Below, piece after piece: positions 35,993 through 45,900 of a stretch of DNA of 64,000 bases. Below the pieces are notes generated by a model. That model saw nothing but the letters and a program-made list of their open reading frames with translations, was not told the DNA's origin and did not search any database. The translations under genes and the position numbers were made by a program. The stretch's first letter is position 1, and every line of letters starts with the position of its first letter. This stretch comes from Candidatus Multivoradales bacterium (GTDB lineage: Bacteria > Acidobacteriota > Thermoanaerobaculia > Multivoradales > J023), in contig CBDFLE010000006.1 of NCBI GenBank assembly GCA_965248925.1, forward strand, positions 1,088,001-1,152,000. Direction: 5' to 3'.

Positions 35993-37447
35993 ATGCTGGT
36001 ATTGCTCACCCTCATCCTGCTTGCTGCCGTCGTTGGCATGGCGGTGTACTTCGGCTCGATGGACGCGGATCTCAGACTTCAACGTTGGCTCCGCTTGAGC
36101 CAATCCCTGACCCTGCGCTTCGCCCTGGTGGCCACCCTGACACTGGTTTCGCTGATCCCCCTCCAACTGGTCAAGTCGGTGGTCGGCGAGCGGGCCGGGC
36201 GTTACCATGGAGTGCTGAGCGAGATCGCCAAGACCTGGGGGCAGGCCCAGACCTTGACCGGCCCACTGCTCATCGTTCCTTACGAATACCAGGAGATTCG
36301 CCGGACTCCCTTCGAGAAAAAAGACGGAACTATCGAAGAACGGGTAAAGAACATCACCCATCAAGACCGGGCGGTCTTCCTCCCCAACTTGGTCGACATC
36401 ACCAACTCGATCGAGCCACAGTTCCGTCATCGTGGGATCTACAGCTCGTTGGTCTATCGCGCGGCGGTCGAGCTGAAGGGACATTTCGCCGCGCCCGACT
36501 TCTCACGCTTCGACAAAACACCGACCCGCATCGACTGGGATGGCGCCTACCTCAGCCTCGGCCTCAGCGACACTGGAGCGATCGACGGCGCGGCCACCTT
36601 GACTTGGAACACGCGCCAGGTCGGCTTCTCGCCCGGAGCGCGCTACGACGACCTCCTATGCTGCGGCCTGCACGCCGAGCTGGGCCAGTTGCTGGCGGCG
36701 GAAGAAGCGGGTGAGTTCTCGATCTCCTTGCAGCTCAGAGGCTCCGACAGCTTCTTCTTCACCCCCGTCGGCCGCCAGACCCACGCCAAGGTCACCTCCC
36801 CATGGCCCGACCCCAGCTTCAGTGGCGCCATCCTGCCCACCGACTATGAGACCGGTGCCCAAGGCTTCAGCGCCGAGTGGAGCATCCCTCACCTGACCCG
36901 CGCCTATCCCCAGACCTGGACCGTCGAGCACAGCCAACCGGACAAGTCGTCGATCAAATGCTCGAACACCGGCGTCAAGCTCTTCGAGCCGGTCGACTTC
37001 TACCTCACCTCTCAGCGAGCGATCAAATACGCCGTCTTGTTCATCGGCTTGACCTTCCTCGCCCTCTTCCTCTTCGAGCACGCCCTCGGCGTCCGCCTGA
37101 GCGTCATTCAATACGCCTTGGTGGGCAGCGCCCTGGCCCTGTTCTACTTGCTGCTGATCTCAATGGCCGAGCACATCGGCTTCTTCGCCGCCTACCTGGC
37201 TGCGGCCAGCGCGGTGGTGGTGATCGTCGGCCTCTACGCCAAGGCGGCACTGCGCAACAGCGCCCGGGGGCTAGCCATGGGCGCCGTGCTGGCGGCTATC
37301 TATTCCCTGTTCTACATCCTGCTGCAACAGCAAGACTATGCTCTGTTGTTGGGTTCGCTGCTGCTTCTGGCCGTGCTCGCCCTGACCATGTTCCTGACCC
37401 GCAAACTCAGTCGGGAGAGGGGAGAGAGGGGAGAGGTGGTGAGTTGA
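35993..37447 (+). CDS. creD: Inner membrane protein CreD
   Basis: WGQAQTLTGP.LIVPY, RHRGIY, WPDPSFSGAILP, PVDFY...RAIKYAVLFI, QYALVG, QDYALLLGS. GGAGG RBS. Confidence 0.9.
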   Translation: MLVLLTLILLAAVVGMAVYFGSMDADLRLQRWLRLSQSLTLRFALVATLTLVSLIPLQLVKSVVGERAGRYHGVLSEIAKTWGQAQTLTGPLLIVPYEYQEIRRTPFEKKDGTIEERVKNITHQDRAVFLPNLVDITNSIEPQFRHRGIYSSLVYRAAVELKGHFAAPDFSRFDKTPTRIDWDGAYLSLGLSDTGAIDGAATLTWNTRQVGFSPGARYDDLLCCGLHAELGQLLAAEEAGEFSISLQLRGSDSFFFTPVGRQTHAKVTSPWPDPSFSGAILPTDYETGAQGFSAEWSIPHLTRAYPQTWTVEHSQPDKSSIKCSNTGVKLFEPVDFYLTSQRAIKYAVLFIGLTFLALFLFEHALGVRLSVIQYALVGSALALFYLLLISMAEHIGFFAAYLAAASAVVVIVGLYAKAALRNSARGLAMGAVLAAIYSLFYILLQQQDYALLLGSLLLLAVLALTMFLTRKLSRERGERGEVVS

Positions 37448-37469
37448 CGCTCACCAAGAACTCTCTGAG

Positions 37470-40400
37470 TCACTTCCCTTTCTGCAAGTTCGGAATGTCA
37501 TCGTCATTGATGACAAGAGTCTGAGCAGAAAAAATCGGAGTACCGTTCTTGCAGTTCCTGAACCTCTGCTTGGCAGGTTCTCTTTTTTCGACGACTACCT
37601 TCCAGGCCCTGAGGGTAACCTTCTTTGGAATGAATCGCACCAACTCGATCGGCTCGGGCGCACGACCGTACTCAACCGTGACTTTATAGTGAATCGGCTC
37701 ATTATAGCGATAGATCTGCTCGGAAACCAACCTCTCAAAGGGCCTCATCGAGCGATTGTGATCGCCCGTGTTGAAGAACCCTGGAACGATCATGAGATTT
37801 TGCTTGAACCCCGGACCATGGAGATGCTTAGCGAGAAGATGCGCACGGTGACACTTGCGGGTATCCCCCGAAACTATTCGTTCGTTCAACGCACCCACCG
37901 GAGCACCGAGAGCTACGGGTCGAGACTCGTGTAGGGACCCTGGTCCGAAAGCAACAATCGCATCCATTTCGGTTCCACCGTAGTCTCCGCCATCGAATTC
38001 CGCAATGCTGTGATAGACGGGGCGCTTTCCTTGATTCAATCTCTCGACGAGCCAATGCATGATCTTCGTAATCCGGCCACCCTGATATCGTATATTAGCG
38101 TAACCGCGAGCGGATTTCTCCAATTTTTGAATATCGACAATATTTGCCACCGCTCTGTAGAGGAACTCAGACTCGTCTGAAGGCACATTGCCGTCGATGT
38201 ATTTTCGAATATTCAAAGTCCGACTATTGACGATCAACTGCCCGCTATGCTGAAAGCTCAAATGGTGACGCTCGCCATCCCGCTCAAATGGCAAGCTAAG
38301 ATCGCGCCACGCTCCAGGGGTAGACGACACCTGTTGCTTGTCCTCGGGAGCGTTCTTTTTCTTCTTCGACAGCCCGAGCATAGCCGCCGCCCGTTCGAGG
38401 AGCCATTGCACCATGTCCTGGACTTTTCCACCCACCGTCCCGATCGCTTTGCGCAGCGCCTTGCCGAAGCCGGAACCGAGCACCATGCCGCCGGCAAGAC
38501 CGATCAGCACCGGCACCACCCCCCGCACCGCGTTGTAGATCGCCTGGGCGGCGGGCTCGACCTTCTCTTCGACCACCAGCTTGACGCTGTCGAGCATCTT
38601 GTCGACCACCGAGCCGAGGCGATCGGCCCAGCCGAGCAACATTTGCACCACCCCCCACAGGCTCTTGAGCGCGGTCACTATTCCCAGACCGGGTATCAAT
38701 ATCTTTCCCAGCCGTACCAGCAAGGGTTGCAGCACACTGTCGATGATCCATCCACGCAGGGTCTCGATCACCGTCGTCTTGATCTCACCCAGCTTGGCGG
38801 TGGCGGAGTCGAGCAAGGCGCTGGTGCCGCCCTCGAACATCGGCAACAGCTCACCGACGATGGCCTCCGCCCGATCGACCTTGCCGGCGCCCACCACCTT
38901 GACGGCGATCGCCCGCAGCCCGTTGTAACCCAGGCCAAGCACTTGCAGCAGGAGACCGGCGATCGAACGTAGGTTCCACACCCTAGGCAGGGTGATGCGA
39001 TCCTTGGCAAGAGCGCCCGTGAGGAAACCGGCGAGACCGCCGACCAGCATACCGCCGAGGTTCTCCCGCACCAGCTTGAAGGCACGGACCAAAGCCTTGC
39101 CGAAATAAGACGCCACCTTGCCCGGCTGCTTGATCAGCTTGCTCAGCGCGCCGCCGCCTGCCTTGTGGAAAGGCGCCAGGAGCTTGTCGACATCGATACC
39201 GAGACCGCGGGCAATTCTCTTGAAGCCAGCCACGGCGAGATCCAAGAGGCGCCCGGCAAAAGATGAGAGCAACCCCTCCCGCTTGGCCACCGGGGTGGAG
39301 CGAATCGCCTTGCTGCTCGCCGCCCGCAGCTCACCAGCATCGCGCTCACTGGCATCGTTGTAGATCGCCTCCCGTGCCTGACGCAGACCCTCCTCCGCCC
39401 GACGCTCTGCTTTGTTGTCGGCCTTGTGCTGCTCCAGCTTGGCCTGGATGGCGAAGACCAGGCGTACTCGGTCTTCGATCGCCGCATGGCGCGGGACCCC
39501 ATCACCCCAATAACGCTTATGTTGCAAGGCCTCGACCGTGCGCTGCGCCTCCTCAAGCCCGCAGGCGTCCTTCGCCAGCCGACCCAGCACCCAGCCATGG
39601 AGGTCGCGGTGAAACCACGCGACGTTCGACGCCCACCGTTCAAGCTGCTGGCGTTCCTTCTTCGGCGAGTGAGCAACAATCGTCGCTACCGCGCCGCTCG
39701 CCTCGGCCGCCCTGGCGGCGACGATCAGATCGACCCGCTGCGCTGAGGATGCCGCGGCCACCAGCCGTGGCGCCGCGGGGGATTGCATCGCCAAAGCCAC
39801 CGCCTCCCCCGCTTTCCGCGACGGCCCGAAGGCCCGCACCACGGCATGCAGCTGCCCGAGCGTGGCATCGAATTGAGCCAGCTCGATCGCCTCCGCGGTC
39901 TCCGCGGTGTCGGTGCCGCCAGCGGTGTTGGCCACCGAATTACCATAAATGAGCCGATAGCCGTGGAGCAGAGTTCGGTACTCGGCAGGCAACTCCGCCT
40001 GCTGCTGCGCAGACCACCTATTATCGAACTCCGCCAGGCGTGCCACCGCGTCACCTCCCGCGGCGAGATCGCGACGCAAGACATCGATGTCATTGAGGAG
40101 AAAAGGTACCTTGTAGGCTGCGTCTCGGGCTACCCGATCACCTTGGAGACTCTGGGCAATCCAGGCGTGACCGTCTACGTTCCACACCACGCCATAAAGA
40201 AAAATCAATCCCTGTCGCGCCGCTTCGGGCAAGCTCTTAGCCATGGCCGCGATAGCGCCTTGCCGAGGGGCCAAGCGGCTGACCACCAGATCGACCGCGC
40301 GACCGGAGGTGAGGCGGGCCAGAGCGGCCTGCCGGGCCAGGGCGCCGATCCACAGGGCCAATTCCGACGCCTGCGTTGTAGGCTCTTCGCTTTCACGCTG

Positions 40401-40598
40401 AATGGGCTGGCCCAAAGTTCCTCGTAAGGACAGCACTTGGCTGAAAGTCAGGCCGAGGTTTCGTGCCCTGGCGAGCCTCTTCTCCGACCAGACGGCAGCC
40501 GGTTCGGAGCCCTTCTCTTGCAGCTCTAGAACACGCTGAACGGCCTGCCCAGAAGTGGGCAGTGCAGGACGAGGACTTCTGCATTGGCGATCCATCAT
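37470..40598 (-). CDS. eCIS-effector-like polymorphic toxin with a C-terminal non-specific endonuclease (NS_2-like) domain
   Basis: Central amphipathic region (GFLTGAL...TLPRVWNLRSIAGLLLQVLGLGYNGLR) like DUF4157-type effectors, N-terminal AVQR/PIQR motifs, and a C-terminal HRAHLL..HLHGPG..QNL...N motif in lower-GC DNA. Confidence 0.7.
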   Translation of the reverse strand: MMDRQCRSPRPALPTSGQAVQRVLELQEKGSEPAAVWSEKRLARARNLGLTFSQVLSLRGTLGQPIQRESEEPTTQASELALWIGALARQAALARLTSGRAVDLVVSRLAPRQGAIAAMAKSLPEAARQGLIFLYGVVWNVDGHAWIAQSLQGDRVARDAAYKVPFLLNDIDVLRRDLAAGGDAVARLAEFDNRWSAQQQAELPAEYRTLLHGYRLIYGNSVANTAGGTDTAETAEAIELAQFDATLGQLHAVVRAFGPSRKAGEAVALAMQSPAAPRLVAAASSAQRVDLIVAARAAEASGAVATIVAHSPKKERQQLERWASNVAWFHRDLHGWVLGRLAKDACGLEEAQRTVEALQHKRYWGDGVPRHAAIEDRVRLVFAIQAKLEQHKADNKAERRAEEGLRQAREAIYNDASERDAGELRAASSKAIRSTPVAKREGLLSSFAGRLLDLAVAGFKRIARGLGIDVDKLLAPFHKAGGGALSKLIKQPGKVASYFGKALVRAFKLVRENLGGMLVGGLAGFLTGALAKDRITLPRVWNLRSIAGLLLQVLGLGYNGLRAIAVKVVGAGKVDRAEAIVGELLPMFEGGTSALLDSATAKLGEIKTTVIETLRGWIIDSVLQPLLVRLGKILIPGLGIVTALKSLWGVVQMLLGWADRLGSVVDKMLDSVKLVVEEKVEPAAQAIYNAVRGVVPVLIGLAGGMVLGSGFGKALRKAIGTVGGKVQDMVQWLLERAAAMLGLSKKKKNAPEDKQQVSSTPGAWRDLSLPFERDGERHHLSFQHSGQLIVNSRTLNIRKYIDGNVPSDESEFLYRAVANIVDIQKLEKSARGYANIRYQGGRITKIMHWLVERLNQGKRPVYHSIAEFDGGDYGGTEMDAIVAFGPGSLHESRPVALGAPVGALNERIVSGDTRKCHRAHLLAKHLHGPGFKQNLMIVPGFFNTGDHNRSMRPFERLVSEQIYRYNEPIHYKVTVEYGRAPEPIELVRFIPKKVTLRAWKVVVEKREPAKQRFRNCKNGTPIFSAQTLVINDDDIPNLQKGK

Positions 40599-40736
40599 GG
40601 CGCGTCAAACCAAGCAATGCTGGGCCAGGGACGATTGAGATAAGGGGCAATTCTACAAGAGACTTAGGGTAACTCGCAAGAGATCGCTGTGACTAGATCC
40701 CCACTTCGCTGCCCAGCCCCAAAAGGACCGAGCTGT
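40544..40736. repeat. Copy 1 of a diverged direct repeat of about 190 bp (toxin 5' end and upstream region)
   Basis: Aligns by eye with 42770-42960. Identical 28-mer ACAAGAGACTTAGGGTAACTCGCAAGAG at 40655-40682. Confidence 0.9.
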
Positions 40737-40750
40737 TCCGCCGCGCTGCC

Positions 40751-40985
40751 ATGGTTGCGCTAGGTGTCACCCTAGCCATCGGCGGCTGGCTGGCTCAGCA
40801 CCACCTGGTGCGCGAGCGCATCGCCGCAACCGAGAAAGAAGTCTCGGAGTTGCTCATCGGCAAGCCGGCTCCAGTCCTCAGCGGGCTCGAGCCTTTGAAC
40901 ACCGAGCCGGCGGTCCTCGAGGAGGCCGCCGTCTACCGCGGCTACCAAGTGAGATCGGTACCCAGCACCGCTTTGATCGAGGGAA
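40751..40985 (+). pseudogene. Internally deleted TlpA/thioredoxin-like gene
   Basis: A TM anchor plus LIGKPAP is joined almost directly to YQVRSVPSTALI. The CxxC-bearing core is absent. Confidence 0.45.
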
Positions 40986-41053
40986 CAAACAGCTGGAGAG
41001 TCAGGAAAGCGAGGGCAAGGGAGATCTATGTTCGGATCTTCATTCAGAGATTC

Positions 41054-42595
41054 CTAGTCTGTCACAGGTGGTTTGTTCTGCGGCTGTGCCTTCGAGTACA
41101 GCATGAGGATGACACCAGGGAAGTGCTCTTCTGAGACTTTTCGGCGACCGACGGCGGCGAGAGCGTTATCGACGATCTTCACTTCTCTACCGAAGAAATG
41201 GCCCATCACGACCCACAGCCTCCCCCCCTTCACTCTCTGGATATCCTCACCTAGACTAAGCTGAGCCGGCTGCTTGCCAAGCCTAACATTTCTGAGACTT
41301 TGATCGCGAGTGTAAAAACGAAATGCCGGGGCTGCGGCAAAGTAAACGAAAATCCCGTCATTCTCTCTCTGCCTGTCATTGAGGTGCTCGACCAACGGAC
41401 CCATCTCTTGCCGCATGTACTGCGGCCAATTGGCCATCCGCTGCGCCGCCGGATAGGCAAACATCAGCGCCAGGAAAATGACCGCCAACCGGCTACGCAG
41501 ACCACTGGCGAGAGCGGCCATGCCCACTCCTATCAATATCAAGGTCAAGGGCAGTGAGAACAGCAAAAACCTGGAGTTGATCTCATGTTGACCGGCGACT
41601 ATTGGATAGCGTTTGGCCGCAGAGAGCAGCAGCAGCAGCAGCAGCGGAGCGATCAGCAGCAAGCCCTGAGCCACTTTCCTGCGATCTTTCAACAAAAAGA
41701 TCACGCCCAAGCCAAGGCCAAGCAACGGCAAGCCCAAAGAGCCAGCGAAACCGAGTGGGTAATCAAGATATCCAACTGCTGCTCTCAGGTACCAATCCCA
41801 ATCCGTCCAGAGCGACAGGGGAGCAAAACCACTTTGATGGTAGGCAAAGAGATCCGCGTTGATCGCAGGACGAATCAGAAGAGTGTAGAGGATCCCGAAG
41901 TGGCCAAGTACGACAACGCCCGACAGGGCCGCCAGCCGAACCTCTCCTCGCCGCCGCAGAAGTTCCTTCGTGGCCAAACATGCGAGAGCGCCAACTATCA
42001 CGAGGATCGCTGTGTGTGAGAACCAAGTCGCTACCACACCCGCAGCCACCAGGTACGCCGAGGTGGAGATTTTCCAACCCTCTTCGAGACATTTGAGGGA
42101 GACCAGGAGAATCAACACAGTAGCCAGCAGGTCGAAGGAGTACTGCTTTAGCTCAGCCGAGTAATAAACCGCCGTGGAAGACATCGCGAGTGGCAGGACC
42201 GCAAACACCGCACCCTGTTCCCCGCACACTCGCCTGGCGACCGGTACGAACAACAACAAGGCCGCAGTCCCGGCAATCCACGAAGGAAGGGTCAATGCGC
42301 GCTCGGAATAGCCGAACACCTCTCCAGCCAGCTTGGTGACCCAGAGAAAGCCGAAGGGCGCAGCCTGATTGAAATCGAGAGGCCCCAGCAGCTGCCAGTA
42401 ATTCTTGTCAACCAGGTTGAGTGCCAGCATTGCTGGATCGAGCCACAGAGAACGAGTTTCCAGCCACATTCGCAATCGAAGCGCCAGCCCGACCAGAACG
42501 ACGATTGCCAATACCGCGCGAGACACCCACAGGCTCCCATACCGGGCGGTTCCAGTTGGCAAATGGGAAGATGGTTCCGGTCTCTGTTCAGCCAT
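41054..42595 (-). CDS. GT-C superfamily membrane glycosyltransferase (family 39 / ArnT-PMT-like)
   Basis: LALRLR...RSLWLDP, APFGF, YYSAELKQYS, and about 11-12 TM segments. Confidence 0.82.
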   Translation of the reverse strand: MAEQRPEPSSHLPTGTARYGSLWVSRAVLAIVVLVGLALRLRMWLETRSLWLDPAMLALNLVDKNYWQLLGPLDFNQAAPFGFLWVTKLAGEVFGYSERALTLPSWIAGTAALLLFVPVARRVCGEQGAVFAVLPLAMSSTAVYYSAELKQYSFDLLATVLILLVSLKCLEEGWKISTSAYLVAAGVVATWFSHTAILVIVGALACLATKELLRRRGEVRLAALSGVVVLGHFGILYTLLIRPAINADLFAYHQSGFAPLSLWTDWDWYLRAAVGYLDYPLGFAGSLGLPLLGLGLGVIFLLKDRRKVAQGLLLIAPLLLLLLLSAAKRYPIVAGQHEINSRFLLFSLPLTLILIGVGMAALASGLRSRLAVIFLALMFAYPAAQRMANWPQYMRQEMGPLVEHLNDRQRENDGIFVYFAAAPAFRFYTRDQSLRNVRLGKQPAQLSLGEDIQRVKGGRLWVVMGHFFGREVKIVDNALAAVGRRKVSEEHFPGVILMLYSKAQPQNKPPVTD

Positions 42596-42769
42596 GGTTT
42601 GCTCTGGTGGTTTGGTGAATAGGAGTCCGTCAGGAGTCCTCACGGTACCTCGTGCGACAGCCAATGGAACAGTAGCTTCGGAGCATCGTTGAATCGCTGG
42701 GCGATTTCAGGGAGCCAAACTACACGACTGGAAACCGCACGTCCAGCTACGGGATCCGTAGCTGGACAG

Positions 42770-42960
42770 CCTGCCCAGATGTGGGTAGTACAGGAAGAGG
42801 ACCCTCGCATTGGCAATCCTTCATGGCGCCAAGTGTAGCAATGCCAAGCCAAGTACTATTGAGACAGGGGAGTTACTCCACAAGAGACTTAGGGTAACTC
42901 GCAAGAGGCCCCCGGACTACACCCCCCACCTCGCAGCCCGGCCCGAAGAAGGCCGAGCTG
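42770..42960. repeat. Copy 2 of the repeat, encoding a 25-aa truncated paralogue of the toxin N-terminus (42747-42824, minus strand)
   Basis: MKDCQCEGPLPVLPTSGQAVQLRIP* versus MMDRQCRSPRPALPTSGQAVQRV. Identical 28-mer at 42880-42907. Confidence 0.88.
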
Positions 42961-42989
42961 GCGAAACACACTTCCAGCGATCAAGTTCC

Positions 42990-45900
42990 CTAAAACTCCA
43001 ACACCGCCAACTCACGGCGTAGCTGCAACACCTCCACATCCGGGTCGATCACCACTCGCTGGGGCTCGAAGTCGCTGTCGATCAGCAGCTCGCGGACGTA
43101 GCCCGGGCCGAGGTCGACTCGGACGCGGGCATCATGATAGCTGGGGTCGGGTTGGCCATCGTGGTCGAAGCGCTGGCCGCTCGACACCGCCACGGTGATG
43201 GGCAACTGACCGCCGCCAACACTTTCGACCACCAGGCGGGTGCGCCAGCCAACGGCGGTCTTCTCGACCGTGGCTTCTTGGATGCGGAACTCGGGCACGA
43301 CCACATCAAAGAACCACTGGGCGGTGAAACGATCGAAAGCTCCGGCGTCGGCGGCATGCGGTCGCAGCACTTCGAGCAGGTCTTCGAGCAGCGGATAGTC
43401 GGGCCCGTTTTCGTAGCGGGCTATGAACTCACCCAGCCCGGCTAGCAACGGCTCTCGGCCCATCTCGTGTAGCAACATCCACATCACCCAACCTCCCTTA
43501 TCGTAAGTTACGGTCTGATCACCCGACAATCGGCCGTCAATCTGCACTAGCGGCCGCTCGTCATCAGCCCGGCGACGCTCGCCGTAGCGCTTTTCGATCA
43601 GCTTGAGAAACCCCATCCGGCTGCTATCGCCAGCCAGCTGCTGGAGCAGCAGGATGGTGGAAAAATGGGCCATGCCCTCGGATAACATCGCCCCTCCGGG
43701 GCCCTCGCCCGGAGTCAGAATATTACCCCACCACTGGTGGGCTGCTTCGTGGGCGGTCACCATGCGCACCGCATCGGCCCGATCTTCGCTCAGCGTCAGA
43801 AAGCCAATCCCCTCAGAAAATGTAATATTGGTCGGAAATCCCTGAGCATAGGTCGCGAGGTCGGCAAACTCACTCAATTTGAGTTCCTGCCAAGGATAAG
43901 GATAGAACCACTGCGAATAGTAGCGGCGCGCTGCGTCAAGAGTCTCTGACATGGCGTCTATGTTGTAGGCATGGTCCGCGTGATAGTGAATCACTGTCCC
44001 CTCCCCCTGCCTCTCTCGCCAGCGCCCGGCGACAACATTGAAAAAACGTACCGGGTGGTCACTGACCCACTCGACGGTCCGCCGGCCGGCCGCGACCTCG
44101 TCGCGGCGCTTGACCCCCACGGAGTTGTATGTCAGTTCGGCCGGGCCGCTGATTGTCACCCGAGTGGAGTAGGGTCGCCGGTTACCGAGCGCTGGCGGCA
44201 ACGACTCGAGATATAGATCGCTTTTCCAATCGGCTGGATCGGTGCGGTTGTCTTCATCGACGCCGATATCCTCCAGATAGCCAAGCTGAGGCATGAAGGC
44301 GGTGCCGAAGCTGGTCAGCACCACTCCCGAGGCCAGGACGAACTGGTTACCGCCACCACCGTTCTTGCTCATCCCATCCGGAAAATGCCCTTCGAAAGTG
44401 AGCCCCAACTCGAGTTCGGCAGCCGGGGCTAGCGGCTCAGCAAGCTCGAAAACGTAGAGGCCAGAACGCTCGTCGGGAGTCTGCTCGACACCATCCAAGG
44501 TCCAACTCACCTGCCGCCAATGAGGTCCACCGGTCAAGGCAAAACGGTCGATCGGCTGGTTGTGGGGATTGTAAAGACGATAGCTGCCACGGCTCTTCAA
44601 CCAGCCCTCGGCGGGCCGCAAATCGAGTTGCAAGTCGATCGCCGAGTAGGACGGCTGGAGGGCCTCGATCCAGGTCTCGCGGTTCTGCTTCCAGTAGTCC
44701 TTGCTTTGCTGTTCGGCGACCTCTCCCTGGGAACCGTGCAGCACCCCGACCCACAGCATTCCAGCAGTGACTAGCAGCGGCAAGATCGCCGGCAGCAGAC
44801 CGACGACAACGCGGCTCAGCGGCCGCGGGCGCAGTCGCACCATCAGTCCGGCGATGTCGAGCTGACGGCGGCGATAGAAACGCACCGCCAGCAAGCTGAA
44901 GAGCACCGCCGCCGCCAAGACTGTCAGCCGATTGAGTATCAAGGCACGGCGGTCGAACTCGAAGAGGCTGATATCGCTCCATTGTAAAGCGCCCCACAGC
45001 CACCAGTTGAAAGCCCATTCCATCTGGCCCGTAAGCTGGCGATAAAGGGTGTAGGCAATGATCGCAAAACCCACCGCCCAAGTCAGATAACGACTGCCGA
45101 ACAGGCCGTGCAAAGCAGCGATCAAAGCTGACCAGGCAAGGAAAGTCGGCAGCAGCAACAGTCCCCAAACCAGCAGATAGGGCCACAGCGTGAAGCTTGT
45201 CTGCCCCTGAATTGCCAAGGCGATCCAGTGCGCCATCATCACGGCTAGCAGCACCAGCAGCACGACTCCGCTATTGCCTAAAACCTTGCCCAACAAGATC
45301 GCCGGGGTAGGCAGTGGCGAGCTGCTGACCAGCGGCGCCGCTCCACCGCTGCGTTCGCGGTCCAGGGACTCGACGAGGAAAAACATCAGCAACAGAGAAA
45401 CCAATAGCGCCAAAGTGTTGAACGACCCCACCGCCAGCTGACCGGAAGTGAGCAGCAGGCGGGTGGAGAACGGACCCAGCTGCAGCAGATTGCCAGCCAC
45501 GGTTTGGACTAAGACAAAGAAGGCAAAGAGGTACAACCCTGGCTCGCGCAACAAGGAACCCGCCTCAACCGAAGCGATGGTCCGAGTAGCACGCCACCAG
45601 CCGGGAGGCTGGGAAGACATCCGTAGCCGGGCGCCGGTCAGCGCCGGCAGCGGTGCCGGAGCCTGCCGGCGACGCCGCTTGGCTTTCGCCTCCACCTGTC
45701 CGCGCAGAGTCCGCGCCAGGCGGCGCTGCGCCAGCACCACCGCGCCGATGCCGATGGCGACCATCGCCACTCGGCTGAGCAAGAACCAAGATTCGAAGGG
45801 CAAGCGGGCGGTGTTGTAGATCTCAGCCCCGCGGTCGACATCTAGCCAGCTGCGGTTGAGCCAGCGCACACCGGCGGGGTCGAGCGCCATCAGCAGACGG

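Noticed and set aside
35564-36484. 306-aa ORF
   Set aside because: Only the last 75 aa (from ATG 35791, with RBS) form the antitoxin. The rest is antisense to creD.
40612-40628. Sigma-54 promoter in the duplicated toxin leader (TGGC...ATTGCT on the minus strand in both copies)
   Set aside because: GG-to-GC spacing is 9 nt, not the required 10, in both copies.
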